Positions 49,430-60,359 of a DNA stretch of 64,000 nucleotides are shown here, piece by piece; the stretch's first letter is position 1; the number at the start of each line of letters is the position of its first letter. Under the pieces are notes generated by a model. The model was not told the origin of the DNA and searched no databases. It was given only the letters and a program-made list of their open reading frames with translations. Position numbers and translations under genes: made by a program. The stretch spans positions 1 to 64,000 of the forward strand of contig CAVTCR010000009.1 of the NCBI GenBank assembly GCA_963733195.1, given 5' to 3'. Source of the stretch: an uncultured delta proteobacterium. GTDB lineage: Bacteria; Desulfobacterota; Binatia; Bin18.

Positions 49430-49891
49430 TTGAATCATTTTATGCCTATTGTTTCTGCTCGTACCCTCTTATGGATTGGCCGAATCTTGTATGTGGCCGT
49501 GGTATTCTGGTGGCCAACGGTGTGGCACGATCCGATTTATACCCCCCGCCTAGCGCGAATGGCCGGCCATGAATTGCAGCTTGCGGATGGAACCTCGCCC
49601 AAGAATGATGACGAACGAGCGTTGGCGATCTTTTGGGCGTGGGAACACCGCCAGTTCGTGGAGACCCGTTGGGCTATCGGCCCGTTCCTCGGCCTGCGCA
49701 GCACTAACCGGACCGGTTGGCAACAAACCATTTTCGCGTTGATCTTTATCTGGATCCTTTTTAGTTTTCTTTTAGGGCGACGGAGCGAGGGTGCTACCCG
49801 ACCAGGAGAATCACCTGGTGCTTCTTCCAAAGGCGGAGTTACTGGACTGGTGACCACTCCCCTCTGGCAGCTTTTTCAGCGTTTACGATAA
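49430..49891 (+). CDS. Hypothetical membrane protein
   Basis: Two hydrophobic segments; fills the intergenic gap; start uncertain. Confidence 0.5.
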   Translation: MNHFMPIVSARTLLWIGRILYVAVVFWWPTVWHDPIYTPRLARMAGHELQLADGTSPKNDDERALAIFWAWEHRQFVETRWAIGPFLGLRSTNRTGWQQTIFALIFIWILFSFLLGRRSEGATRPGESPGASSKGGVTGLVTTPLWQLFQRLR

Positions 49892-49968
49892 GCGCCCTGA
49901 ACTTCAGTAGTGATCCTCGTTACTCCTCACGATTTTTGTGGTAGAGCCGTAGGCAAAGGAGGGTGCTT

Positions 49969-52014
49969 ATGCCTCATGTTGCTCACGCGGCCTGTCCGCA
50001 CGATTGCCCTGATTCCTGCCTCATGGATGTGACCATTGATAATGGCAAAGCGGTCAAGATCACTGCCAGTAAAGAGCATCCGTTCACTCGTGGTGCCCTC
50101 TGTGCCAAGGTCAACAAGTTCCTTGACCGTGTGTACGCACCCGATCGCCTCCTGTATCCCGTACGACGGATCGGTCCAAAAGGACCCGAGGCACAATTTG
50201 AACGCATCTCTTGGAATGAAGCTACGGCAACGATTGTAGCGAAGATGCAAGAAGCAATTACGACGCATGGGCCACAATCAATTCTGCCGTATTCGTATCG
50301 TGGGAATAATGGAGTCTATCAGAGTAATGCGATTGATCGCCGTTTCTTTCATGCGCTTGGGGCTTCAACGTTAGCACGGACAATCTGTGCAGGCGGCCTC
50401 TACGGCGCGCTGGCGTACTCAGACGTTTTTATGGGTTTTGCGCCGGAAGGGCTCGTCGAAAGCAAGCTGATTATCTTCTGGGCCTCTAATCCCCTCAATA
50501 CCGGCATGCATGTCTGGCCTTTGGTACAAGAAGCGAAACGGCGCGGGGCAAAACTGATTGTTATTGATCCGTATCGGTCACGTACTGCGCGGGTGAGTGA
50601 TGAACATGTATTCCTCCGCCCAGGGACGGATGCCGCCTTGGCGCTGGGCATGATGAAAGTGATCGAAGAAGAAGGGCTTGCTGATACAGACTACATCCAA
50701 AAGTACACCATAGGATACGAGCACTTTGCCATACGTCTCCGGTCTCTGTCGTTGTCTGAACTTTCCCAGACCTGCGATGTGCCGCATGAAACAATTCAAC
50801 GGCTCGCGCGTGAGTTTGCCACTACACGTCCTGCGGTGATCCGCATGGGTATTGGTATTCAGCGCAGTGGTGGTGGTGCCGCCGCCGTACGCGCAGTCGC
50901 GTCGTTACCTGCGCAGACTGGTGCCTGGCGGGAGGTTGGTGGTGGCATGTGCAATTTCTGGGGAGCAATGTTTACTGCCCAAGACATGGGGAAAGCGATG
51001 CGCCCGGATCTCTCACCACCTGGGACGCGAGAGATCAATATGGTGCGTTTGGCCGAACATCTGCTTGACCCGTCGCTCGATCCGCCAATCAAGGTGATCT
51101 ACAACTATAACTGCAACCCCGCCGCGTCGCTTCCTGATCAGCCTGCGCTTCGGCGTGCGCTCCAACGGCCCGACCTTTTCACCGTCGTGCACGACATGTT
51201 TCTTACTGATAGTGCTGACTACGCTGATATTATACTGCCGGCAACGTCACCTTTTGAGCATGACGATGCCGTGCTTGCCTATGGTGGAGATTTTGGTAGC
51301 TTCAGCCGCCGGATTATCGAACCTCTCGGTGAGGCAAAATCCAATGCTGAAGTCTTCCAGCTCCTCGGTAAAGCTCTCGGTATTATGGAACCTGCACTCT
51401 ATGTTTCTGCAGAAGAACTGATGGCAGAAACACTCAGACGGACCGTACCAGCTGATCAATTTACTAGTCAGCCCTTTCTCAAGACTCGCGCAACGCCGGA
51501 CCTGTTGCCTCGGGCACGCGGTGGCTTTCATTCTCCGTCTGGCAAGTTTGAATTCTATTGTGAAAAACTAGCCCAAGATGGTCATGATCCGCTACCGAGT
51601 TTTGTACCACCACATGAAACTCTCAGCACTGGACCGTATCCACTGAATTTCTTGCCCCGAAAACACAAAGACTCGCTCAATTCATCTTACGGTCACCTGC
51701 CCATCATGCGCCGCCAGGAGAGTGAGGCACGGACGGTGGAAATACACCCTGACGACGCCGCCACACGAGGCTTACACGATGGGGAGGACGTGCGCGTGTA
51801 CAATGCCCGCGGTGCGTTCGTCATGCCGGTCAAAGTGTCATACAATGTTGCTCCTGGAACCATCGCGACGTTCTGGGGCTGGTGGGACAAACTCTCTGGC
51901 GGTAAAGGCAACGTGAATAATGTTACGTCAGCAAAACTCACTGATCTCGGTGGGGGCGGAACGTTCTACGATTGTCGCGTTGAAGTCGAACGGTGGGATG
52001 GAAAGTCAGTGTAA
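49969..52014 (+). CDS. Molybdopterin-dependent oxidoreductase (DMSO reductase superfamily), cytoplasmic
   Basis: CPHDCPDSC...C Fe-S motif, RISWNEA, RPGTDAALALG, ADIILPA, EIHPDDA; no Tat signal. Confidence 0.92.
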   Translation: MPHVAHAACPHDCPDSCLMDVTIDNGKAVKITASKEHPFTRGALCAKVNKFLDRVYAPDRLLYPVRRIGPKGPEAQFERISWNEATATIVAKMQEAITTHGPQSILPYSYRGNNGVYQSNAIDRRFFHALGASTLARTICAGGLYGALAYSDVFMGFAPEGLVESKLIIFWASNPLNTGMHVWPLVQEAKRRGAKLIVIDPYRSRTARVSDEHVFLRPGTDAALALGMMKVIEEEGLADTDYIQKYTIGYEHFAIRLRSLSLSELSQTCDVPHETIQRLAREFATTRPAVIRMGIGIQRSGGGAAAVRAVASLPAQTGAWREVGGGMCNFWGAMFTAQDMGKAMRPDLSPPGTREINMVRLAEHLLDPSLDPPIKVIYNYNCNPAASLPDQPALRRALQRPDLFTVVHDMFLTDSADYADIILPATSPFEHDDAVLAYGGDFGSFSRRIIEPLGEAKSNAEVFQLLGKALGIMEPALYVSAEELMAETLRRTVPADQFTSQPFLKTRATPDLLPRARGGFHSPSGKFEFYCEKLAQDGHDPLPSFVPPHETLSTGPYPLNFLPRKHKDSLNSSYGHLPIMRRQESEARTVEIHPDDAATRGLHDGEDVRVYNARGAFVMPVKVSYNVAPGTIATFWGWWDKLSGGKGNVNNVTSAKLTDLGGGGTFYDCRVEVERWDGKSV

Positions 52015-52041
52015 GAAAAAAGCCTTTTGCGGAGTACGACT

Positions 52042-52221
52042 ATGAAAGGGACAGCAACAGGACTCCTCATTCTTGGAACATATTGGATACTGCAAGGGAT
52101 TGGTGAAATCCGCCAGGGGAATATGAACGGTATCGTGACCCTCGTGCTGGGGGTCGTTCTTTTGCCAGTGGCCAAATACGTATGGGGGAAAAATCTTGGC
52201 GGAACTGGTTCTGTGAAGTAA
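52042..52221 (+). CDS. Small membrane protein
   Basis: RBS ggag + ATG; two TM segments. Confidence 0.6.
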   Translation: MKGTATGLLILGTYWILQGIGEIRQGNMNGIVTLVLGVVLLPVAKYVWGKNLGGTGSVK

Positions 52222-52338
52222 TCTGAGTTGTCGCTTGTTGTTCTTACCGTAATCCCTTCGTTTGGGTACCCTAAAATTTTCCTACCTCATTTCTGTGCCC
52301 TCCTTTTCTTTTGCTAGAATGGGGAGGAAGGGGGAGCC

Positions 52339-52758
52339 ATGCTGACATTCGACCCAGTAAACGAACTGCCAACGGCGGTGATCCGTGTGCGGATGAGCGC
52401 TCATGATGCGCACTACGGGGGGAATCTCGTTGACGGAGCACGGATGTTACAACTTTTCGGCGACGTCGGAACCGAGCTCAGTATTCGTCTCGACGGCGAC
52501 GAGGGACTCTTCCGTGCGTACGACAACATTGAATTCCTCACGCCGGTGTATGCTGGGGACTTCATCGAAGCGCACGGACGCATTACCCAGATCGGCCGTA
52601 CGTCACGCAAGTTTGAGTTTGAGGCATGGAAAGTGATTCAGCCCCGGCCAGATATTTCTGATTCGGCAGCGGAGGTGCTCGTGAAGCCGGTCCTCGTCTG
52701 CAAAGCGAGTGGCACCGGAGTGGTGCTGCTCGATCGGCAACGTCAGAAAAAGTCGTGA
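52339..52758 (+). CDS. kal: Hotdog-fold 3-aminobutyryl-CoA ammonia-lyase-like protein
   Basis: [42 protein letters not shown]. Confidence 0.85.
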   Translation: MLTFDPVNELPTAVIRVRMSAHDAHYGGNLVDGARMLQLFGDVGTELSIRLDGDEGLFRAYDNIEFLTPVYAGDFIEAHGRITQIGRTSRKFEFEAWKVIQPRPDISDSAAEVLVKPVLVCKASGTGVVLLDRQRQKKS

Positions 52759-52796
52759 GTTGTTTTTGCCTTGACAACACGCCTGGGGAATCAGCT

Positions 52797-55457
52797 ATGA
52801 AGCAGTCACGGAAGACAAAAGCCCAGTTACAGCGAGAGAGCGAAGGATTACAGCGCATCAATCGTGTAATTGGGACAACCCTCGCTCTTGGTGAAGTGCT
52901 TCACTACATTATAGATGAAGTTGTCCGGCTTTTCGCCGCGCAGAGTGCGTCCGTCATTCTCTTTGACCATGAGAGAAAAGAAGCTGAAATCACGACGACC
53001 TATGGGCACCAAACAGCGACAGAGCCTACGCTTCGTTACCCTTGGGTAGGATCAATGGTTGGGTGGATCGCGGAACAGAAACGCTCACTGCGTGTTCCTC
53101 GCCTGACAGAGAAGGAATGGCCCACCTCGTGGGCGCTGGGGAAACAATTGGGCGGTAACCCAGGACAAATCTCAGTTTTGCTGGCTCCATTGTGGCAAGA
53201 AACGGAAGTGATGGGCTGCCTTGAAGTTGTCTGGGAGCCACATCACTCGATAAACGAGGAGGAGGAACAACTCTTAGAAGCCATTGCGACACAAGCCACT
53301 ATCGCAATTGTTCAAGCGCGGCTCTACCAAGAAAAAGAGCAGGCGTTGCAAACAGCGATTACGTCAGCCCACCTTGTTCGCTCGGCTCTCGATGTACTTC
53401 CTGTCTCTCTGGCTATGCTCGATGAGACAGGCAAAGTGATCTCTGTCAATCAGGTCTGGCGAAAGGGTGCTGAAGAGAATGGACTTTCTTCCAGGTCTTC
53501 CGTCGAAGGACTGAACTATCTTTCCGTGTGTGACGCTGCGGTCGGAGAAGAGGCAGAGGAAGGCCGCCGCTTCGCCGCGGGTATTCGTGCCGTGCTAAAC
53601 GGTGAACGTGAGACCTTTGCAATGGAATATGCGTGTCCCACACCAACACGGAAACTCCGGTTCCTCGGGAGGGTAACGCGTTTTCCGCAAGCTGAGTCGA
53701 TGCGATTACTGGTCACGCACGAAGACCTCACTGAGCAGAAGCAGGCAGAGGAAGCCCTACGCAAAAGCGAAGAACGTTTTCGGGCGTTAGTGCAGAACTC
53801 CTCTGACGTCATTACCATCCTCGATGCGAACGGTGACGTGCGCTATAATAGCCCCTCTATTGAACAGGTTCTTGGCTATGGCCAGGAAGAGCTTGTAGGC
53901 CAGAGCGTTTTTGCGCTGCTGCATCCAGAAGATGTCAATACGGTTCTATCGGTCTTTACCGACGCTCTCTCACAACCTGGACGTGTGGTTGCTCCCGAAT
54001 TTCGTATCCGTCATAAAAATGGAACCTGGGTCTACCTTGAAGCGATCGGTAATAATCTCTTAGCTGATCCCGCGATTCGTGGTGTCGTCGTTAACTCTCG
54101 CGATGTGACTGCCCGCAAACAAGCGGAAGCCGCGCTTCAGCATCAATTCGCTTTTGAGCAGTTGGTTGCCGAGATCTCAAAGAACTTCATCAACTTAGCA
54201 CCGACAGAGATTGACCAGGGTATTGTTCAAGCCTTGCAAACGGTCGGAGAATTCTCCGGCGTCGATCGAAGTTATCTTTGCCTCTTTTCTCCCGACCGGA
54301 CCACGGTCAATTGCACTCACGAATGGTGTGCCAGCGGCACCGAATCTCAGTGGGAGGCTTTACAGCAGCTGCCGCTAACTCCGTTGACCTGGAGTATAGA
54401 GAAGATGAAAGAGCAGGGAGTCCTCTACATTCCACGTGTTGCTGACCTGCCCACAGCCGGAATGAGAGAGCAGAAGATTCTCCAGGCAATTGGGGTCCAA
54501 TCGCTCGTTTGTATTCCGCTTATGTTCGGCAAAGTCCTCGGTGGTTTTCTGGTTTTTGCGACAGTCCGCACGGAAAAACTATGGTCAGAGGAAAGTATTA
54601 CTCTACTGAAAGTTATCGGCGAAATAGTGGCGAATGCTCTTGAGCGGAAACGGGCGGATGAGCAACAGCAACAACTGCATGCACAGCTCCTTCAGACACA
54701 AAAGCTAGAAGCGCTGGGGACTCTTGCTGGTGGCGTCGCCCATGATTTTAACAATATTCTTTCCGCAATCATGGGCTATGCTGCACTCGTAAAGGATGAC
54801 GTTCCTGAGGGGACGCTCACTCAACGCAATATCGACGAAATCCTCACTGCGAGTCGGCGGGCAAAAACTCTGATTCAACAGCTCTTAACTTTTAGCCGTC
54901 CTGGACAACGCAGTCGACGCCCAGTACATTTACGCAGCGTTGTGGAAGAAACACTCGCTCTGCTCCGTGTGTCATTTCCCAAAACGGCGACGTTTCATTT
55001 CGCGTGCAGCGCTGAAAAAGATACCGTTCTGGCGGACCCAACCCAGATCCAACAGATGGTAATGAATCTTTGTGTCAACGCCGTTCAGGCTGTCGGGGGA
55101 GACGAGGGTACTGTCACACTCCAGCTTGACGATGGAAATAACAGAGACACCGGGGGGGTGGGAACGCGAGGCGTCCACGACGAATCCTCTTGCCTCTGTC
55201 TCACTATAAGTGACAACGGCTGTGGTATAGAACCTGAAATCCTTGATCATATTTTTGAACCATTTTTCACTACCAAGCCGGTAGGACAAGGGAATGGAAT
55301 GGGGCTCGCTATTGTTCATCGTATTGTGACCAGTCACGGCGGAATGATTACCGTTGACAGTACCCCAAATCAGGGGACAACTTTTCGCATCTATTGGCCG
55401 TACGCTACGGGAGAAGAAGAAACCTCGGATTCGTTAATGGCGGCTATGGCATCGTAA
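52797..55457 (+). CDS. Cytoplasmic GAF-PAS-PAS-GAF histidine kinase
   Basis: LAGGVAHDFNNIL, NLCVNA, DNGCG, FEPFFTTK; PAS segment RFRALVQNSSDVI. Confidence 0.93.
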   Translation: MKQSRKTKAQLQRESEGLQRINRVIGTTLALGEVLHYIIDEVVRLFAAQSASVILFDHERKEAEITTTYGHQTATEPTLRYPWVGSMVGWIAEQKRSLRVPRLTEKEWPTSWALGKQLGGNPGQISVLLAPLWQETEVMGCLEVVWEPHHSINEEEEQLLEAIATQATIAIVQARLYQEKEQALQTAITSAHLVRSALDVLPVSLAMLDETGKVISVNQVWRKGAEENGLSSRSSVEGLNYLSVCDAAVGEEAEEGRRFAAGIRAVLNGERETFAMEYACPTPTRKLRFLGRVTRFPQAESMRLLVTHEDLTEQKQAEEALRKSEERFRALVQNSSDVITILDANGDVRYNSPSIEQVLGYGQEELVGQSVFALLHPEDVNTVLSVFTDALSQPGRVVAPEFRIRHKNGTWVYLEAIGNNLLADPAIRGVVVNSRDVTARKQAEAALQHQFAFEQLVAEISKNFINLAPTEIDQGIVQALQTVGEFSGVDRSYLCLFSPDRTTVNCTHEWCASGTESQWEALQQLPLTPLTWSIEKMKEQGVLYIPRVADLPTAGMREQKILQAIGVQSLVCIPLMFGKVLGGFLVFATVRTEKLWSEESITLLKVIGEIVANALERKRADEQQQQLHAQLLQTQKLEALGTLAGGVAHDFNNILSAIMGYAALVKDDVPEGTLTQRNIDEILTASRRAKTLIQQLLTFSRPGQRSRRPVHLRSVVEETLALLRVSFPKTATFHFACSAEKDTVLADPTQIQQMVMNLCVNAVQAVGGDEGTVTLQLDDGNNRDTGGVGTRGVHDESSCLCLTISDNGCGIEPEILDHIFEPFFTTKPVGQGNGMGLAIVHRIVTSHGGMITVDSTPNQGTTFRIYWPYATGEEETSDSLMAAMAS

Positions 55458-55528
55458 ATATTACGAGGTTATGGAATTCATGGACGATACACGAAGAAAA
55501 CGGAGACGATACGCTTCAGGAGGAGAGC

Positions 55529-55894
55529 ATGGCACGTATTTTAGTTATTGATGACGAAGACCCTGTTCGTAATATGCTTCGACAAGTGCTTGAGCGAGCT
55601 GGGCATGACGTTGCTGAAGCCCCAGATGGAAACGTAGGAATGCAACACGTCCGTGAGCAACCGATCGAACTCATTGTTACAGACATCCTCATGCCTGAAC
55701 AAGAAGGAATTGAGACTATTCGGACGCTCCACCGAGACTTTCCACAAATTAAAGTCCTTGCTATTTCGGGAGGGGGACGGCGGAAAAATTTGGACGTATT
55801 GCTGGAAGCAGAATTCTTTGGTGCCCACCGTGTGTTAGCGAAACCTTTTGAACGGGCAGATTTACTGAAAGCGGTGAGTGCGTTGCTAACGTAA
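55529..55894 (+). CDS. Single-domain response regulator
   Basis: ILVIDDE, TDILMPE, KPF. Confidence 0.92.
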   Translation: MARILVIDDEDPVRNMLRQVLERAGHDVAEAPDGNVGMQHVREQPIELIVTDILMPEQEGIETIRTLHRDFPQIKVLAISGGGRRKNLDVLLEAEFFGAHRVLAKPFERADLLKAVSALLT

Positions 55895-55971
55895 ATCTTG
55901 ATCACCGAGGGGCACGGCTTGCCTGCCATGCCCTCTGGATGCCGCCGTCGTTTCTGAACGGAATGCAGCGC

Positions 55972-57654
55972 CTACGTGCTGCGTAACACCTGACCAGCAC
56001 ACACGCCAGTGTGTTCCAGACCATTCATGAACGTCTGACCATTCACGAGAGTGTGCTTGTAACCTACAGATTTTTGGATGTAGCGACTACCACCAGCAGG
56101 GAGGTCCTGTACGAAGGTTGGCGGAGGTAACTGCAAGTTATCATAGTCGATGACATTGAGATCTGCGTACGCGCCTTGGCGAACAACGCCGCGATCCTGA
56201 ATACCGAATAACTGTGCCGTATCAAGAGTAAGCTTGCGAATCGCCTGCTCCAGGGTGAAATGCTGTCGCTCTTTGACCCAATACTTGAGGAAGTACGTCG
56301 GCAGACTTGAGTCCATGATCTGCCCGACATGCGCACCAGAATCACCCAACCCGATAACTACCCGTGGGTGGTCCAGCATTGTTTGCACAGCATCAAAGTT
56401 TGGATTGAGGAACGGATAATTGAACAGTGCCTTTCCGTCACGCTCGATGGAAAGCGTAATAAACGCCTCAGCCGGGCTGACGCCTAAACGCTGCGCATGA
56501 GCAGCGAGGCTCTCGTCTGCACGATGATCGTAACGTGCTTCCCCTTGCGGGAGGACGAAGATTTGGCTGAAATCGATCGGCGGCGGATCGGCCAATGCTT
56601 CTTGGATCATCGTGGCTCGGTATTCAGGATTACGCAGTTTCGCGACTTTCTCTTCTAGCTTCAGTGCTCGGAGTGCACGCCACGACGGAGCCCGATCGAA
56701 TGGCGTACGATTAACGAAGCCGAACAACACACCGATGCCGCGAGTTGTGGACTGAGCGAAGATCTGTGCCCCGCGCGCTGCACTTGCGCTGATCTGCTCG
56801 AGCATTGAGGAAAATACAGTGGGGTGCGGGCGGCTTTGTGCCAAACCAAAAGTTACAGGACGTCCAGTCGCGAGACTGACTTCGGTCATCCAATCGACTT
56901 CGCGTTTGATGTCGTCTGGCCGTCCGCTGTCGATACCCGGTGCCGCTTCAAACAGTCCACGTTTGAGTTCACCTAAAGCATGAGCGATGCCCATAATTTC
57001 ATTACGATCAGCAAAGGTTCCTGGGACGGGTTGACCTTCTGGAGTTCGATGCAGGATCGTGCGGGAAGTTGAAAAACCAAGTGCACCACCGGCAATCGCT
57101 TCAGCGACAATGTCGTGCATGCGGGCGATCTGATCAGGGCTCGCTGGCTTGTTTTCCAGACTTTCGGCGCCCATCGCCCAATAACGCACGGCGCAATGAC
57201 CAACCATGCCGCCAACGTTCATGCCTTTCGGTACAGAATCGAGTGCTTTGAGGTATTCTCCGTAAGTTTCCCATTGCCACGGCATGCCCGCCATGATGCT
57301 TGCTGCCGGAATGTCTTCGACGGATTCCATCAAATGAGCGAGGTATTCGCGGTCCTGAGGCTTACACGGAGCGAAGGTGACACCACAGTTGCCCATGACA
57401 ACTGACGTGATGCCATGCCAGCACGATGAAGAAGCGATCGGGTCCCAAAAGATTTGCGCATCGAGGTGGGTATGAATATCGACAAAACCAGGAGTGACAA
57501 TATGTCCCTCAGCGTCGATCGTGCGTTTCGCGGAATCCGTGACCTTGCCAACCTCGGCAATGCGATCACCTTGGATAGCGACATCAGCACGATACGGCTG
57601 CTGCCCAGTGCCATCGACGACCGTTCCGTTCTTAATCACAACATCATAAGCCAT
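55972..57654 (-). CDS. N-acyl-D-amino-acid deacylase family amidohydrolase
   Basis: PGFVDIHTHLD, VVMGNCG, DSGAH, GAYADLNVID. Confidence 0.92.
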   Translation of the reverse strand: MAYDVVIKNGTVVDGTGQQPYRADVAIQGDRIAEVGKVTDSAKRTIDAEGHIVTPGFVDIHTHLDAQIFWDPIASSSCWHGITSVVMGNCGVTFAPCKPQDREYLAHLMESVEDIPAASIMAGMPWQWETYGEYLKALDSVPKGMNVGGMVGHCAVRYWAMGAESLENKPASPDQIARMHDIVAEAIAGGALGFSTSRTILHRTPEGQPVPGTFADRNEIMGIAHALGELKRGLFEAAPGIDSGRPDDIKREVDWMTEVSLATGRPVTFGLAQSRPHPTVFSSMLEQISASAARGAQIFAQSTTRGIGVLFGFVNRTPFDRAPSWRALRALKLEEKVAKLRNPEYRATMIQEALADPPPIDFSQIFVLPQGEARYDHRADESLAAHAQRLGVSPAEAFITLSIERDGKALFNYPFLNPNFDAVQTMLDHPRVVIGLGDSGAHVGQIMDSSLPTYFLKYWVKERQHFTLEQAIRKLTLDTAQLFGIQDRGVVRQGAYADLNVIDYDNLQLPPPTFVQDLPAGGSRYIQKSVGYKHTLVNGQTFMNGLEHTGVCAGQVLRST

Positions 57655-57932
57655 AAGCTCCTCCTTCGCGGGCGTGCATGCTCTGCCCAGATTTCCTGTG
57701 GCAGGCTCAATACCATTTCACTGTGCGCGATATGGTTATGGGTGTCAATGATTGAATAACAGGCTAATTGACGTTCGTGCTAAAATTGTCGAAGCATGAA
57801 CAGCGCTGGGAACAATAGATAATGATCATAGGGAATCCGTACCAGAGATTCCCTATCTTTTTTTCATTCTCCGTTCGCTGTTTTCCTTCCCTTCTATCAT
57901 TACTAAGACCGAGTGAAATCCAAAAGGCCAGC

Positions 57933-60236
57933 TCACCGCATCGCCACCGCCTGAACCTGTTTGTAATCTGTCCAGCCTTGCAGAGTCTTCATGATGCCGT
58001 CTTGTACGAGGGTGGTCATGCCTTGGGTCAGAGCAACCGTCAGTATTTCCGACACAGGCGCTCGAGCATGAATCAGACGTTTAACGTCGTCGGTAGCGAC
58101 TAGCAGTTCGTGGATGCCCATGCGGCCTTTATAGCCACTTTGGCGGCAGGCTGAGCAACCTTTGCCTCGCGCGAGACGAAACTCATCGTTGTAGACAACC
58201 CCAAGTTGTATGAACGCCTCTTCGCCATAACCCAAGGCGAGGGTGTCATACTCTTCTTTGATCGGATGGTAAAATTCCTTACAGGCCCGACAGATCGTGC
58301 GGGTGAGACGTTGAGCAAGGACACCAAGGAGTGCATCAGCAAACAAGAACGGGTCCATTTCCATTTCTAACAAGCGAGTGACGGTTTCTACTGCACTGTT
58401 GGTGTGGAGCGTACTCAGAATCAGGTGACCGGTGAGTGACGCTTCAATACTGATCTCGGCTGTCTCGCGGTCGCGAATCTCGCCGACCATGATAATGTCG
58501 GGATCAGCCCGGAGAAACGAGCGCATGGCTGTCGCAAAGTCCAACCCAATCCGTGGATGCACTTGCAACTGACGTAATCCATACTGCGTAATCTCTACCG
58601 GATCTTCAGCGGTCCAGATCTTTCGGTCTGGCACGTTCAACTGTGCGAGTGCCGAATGCAATGTCGTTGTCTTTCCCGAGCCAGTTGGTCCGACGCAGAG
58701 AATCATGCCATAGGGTTTCTGGAGAATGCGCTTGAATTGTTGCAGGTTGCGCTCGGACATGCCGAGGTTATCAAGCTGCATGGGCTCCTTGGCGGTGAGA
58801 ATGCGCAAGACAACATCCTCGTTGTCTGCTCCTGCTGTTGGCAGGGTTGCTACACGGAGTTCAATCTCGCGGTCAGGGAGGCGAAACTGAATCTTGCCAT
58901 CCTGCGGTTTGCGGCGCTCGGCAATATCTAATTGCGCCATCACTTTGAGGCGTGAAGCGAGCGCGCGCCGATAGCGTGCTGGCACTTCGAGTGATTTTTC
59001 ACAGCGACCATCGACACGAATCCGTACGACTGCTTCACGGTGTGGGCCGTACGGTTCGATGTGAATATCTGAAGCACCGGCTTTGTATGCGTCCGAAATA
59101 ATCTGATTCACTAACCGCACTAGGCCGCTATCGTTTTCATCGACGACCCCATCTGTCGTGCCAGTCGCGCTCTGATGTTCTTCAGCGGCGAGCTGACCTA
59201 AGATGGCCGTGAGCGGCGCCTGGGCTGTTCGTTCTTGGCTCGCGGTGCTGATGACCGCGGCAATATCGTCGCTAAGGCCAACCACATAGCGGATCTTTTT
59301 CCCTGGAAATACCCGCTGAATATCTTGGCGCTTGGTAAACGCGGAGGGGTCGTCAATGAGAATTTCTACTCCGTCATCAGTCTCGCGTATGGGCACCCAC
59401 CCATGCGCCTTAAGATAATTGAGATTGAGACCTTCCAATACAGCAGGGGCAAGAACAAACTGTTCTTCGGAATCGAAAAAGGGACAGCGATAAAACGTAC
59501 TGAGCGCATTGCCGAGGTCCTGCTTGCGTATGTGATAGGCCTCCATGAGTATAGATTCGAGAGTGCGCTGCTTGTCCCGTGCCTCGGTGATCGCGAGGTC
59601 GAGCTCCTGTTGGCTCAGGAGGTTGCTACTCACTAAGGTGTCAAACTTCGCGGGCTTTCTCCGTACTGACTGATACTGATTGTGTAGTGCAATTCCAAGC
59701 GTTTGGGCAATTTCTTGGACTTTCTGCTCGTCGTGCGGGGTGAACCGCTCGGCGCTGCGTTTATTGATCAATTGAATGACACCTGTCAGTGCATTGGTGG
59801 AGGGGGCGCAGACCGGTACCGTCAGTACCTGGCGTGTACGCATGCCGCTCCGTTGGTCCCACGAACCGTCGAAGGTTAGCGTCGTACTGATACGTGCCAG
59901 TTCTGCTTTATCGTAGGCATTGGCGACATTGACGGCCAAGCAGTTATTGGCCACGAACCCGACGATACTCTGGTTCCCGAGCGAAACGCGAATCTCACGA
60001 ATCTTGTTGAGATCAGAGAATTTGGAATAGATCTCCTTGCGCTCGTAATCGATCGCATAAATAGCCAGACGCTCAGCATCAAACAAACTCAAAATCTCAT
60101 CGTGGAGAGTGATCAGAATCTGATCGACATCTTTCGCAGCATGGATGTGATTCATGACGCGCTTGAGGCGTTCATCGTACGCAACTTGCTGTTGGAGAGT
60201 GGCGAGGCGGCGGTTAGGGGTGCGGCCCAGGTCCAT
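57933..60236 (-). CDS. GAF-domain GspE/PilB family secretion ATPase
   Basis: N-terminal GAF; ASDIHIEP, PQDG, GPTGSGKTT, EDPVE, LRADPD, STLHTN, CRAC/CSAC. Confidence 0.92.
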   Translation of the reverse strand: MDLGRTPNRRLATLQQQVAYDERLKRVMNHIHAAKDVDQILITLHDEILSLFDAERLAIYAIDYERKEIYSKFSDLNKIREIRVSLGNQSIVGFVANNCLAVNVANAYDKAELARISTTLTFDGSWDQRSGMRTRQVLTVPVCAPSTNALTGVIQLINKRSAERFTPHDEQKVQEIAQTLGIALHNQYQSVRRKPAKFDTLVSSNLLSQQELDLAITEARDKQRTLESILMEAYHIRKQDLGNALSTFYRCPFFDSEEQFVLAPAVLEGLNLNYLKAHGWVPIRETDDGVEILIDDPSAFTKRQDIQRVFPGKKIRYVVGLSDDIAAVISTASQERTAQAPLTAILGQLAAEEHQSATGTTDGVVDENDSGLVRLVNQIISDAYKAGASDIHIEPYGPHREAVVRIRVDGRCEKSLEVPARYRRALASRLKVMAQLDIAERRKPQDGKIQFRLPDREIELRVATLPTAGADNEDVVLRILTAKEPMQLDNLGMSERNLQQFKRILQKPYGMILCVGPTGSGKTTTLHSALAQLNVPDRKIWTAEDPVEITQYGLRQLQVHPRIGLDFATAMRSFLRADPDIIMVGEIRDRETAEISIEASLTGHLILSTLHTNSAVETVTRLLEMEMDPFLFADALLGVLAQRLTRTICRACKEFYHPIKEEYDTLALGYGEEAFIQLGVVYNDEFRLARGKGCSACRQSGYKGRMGIHELLVATDDVKRLIHARAPVSEILTVALTQGMTTLVQDGIMKTLQGWTDYKQVQAVAMR

Positions 60237-60359
60237 GAGAAAGTCTCCTTGCGGTGGAGTCGGTATCGTTTGGCGTACCGTACTTCTCTCTCAATTGTCA
60301 ATGTGTTGATGGTTGTTCCCCTGTTCCTGCTTGACATCGTATGGTAGACAGTCCCCCTA

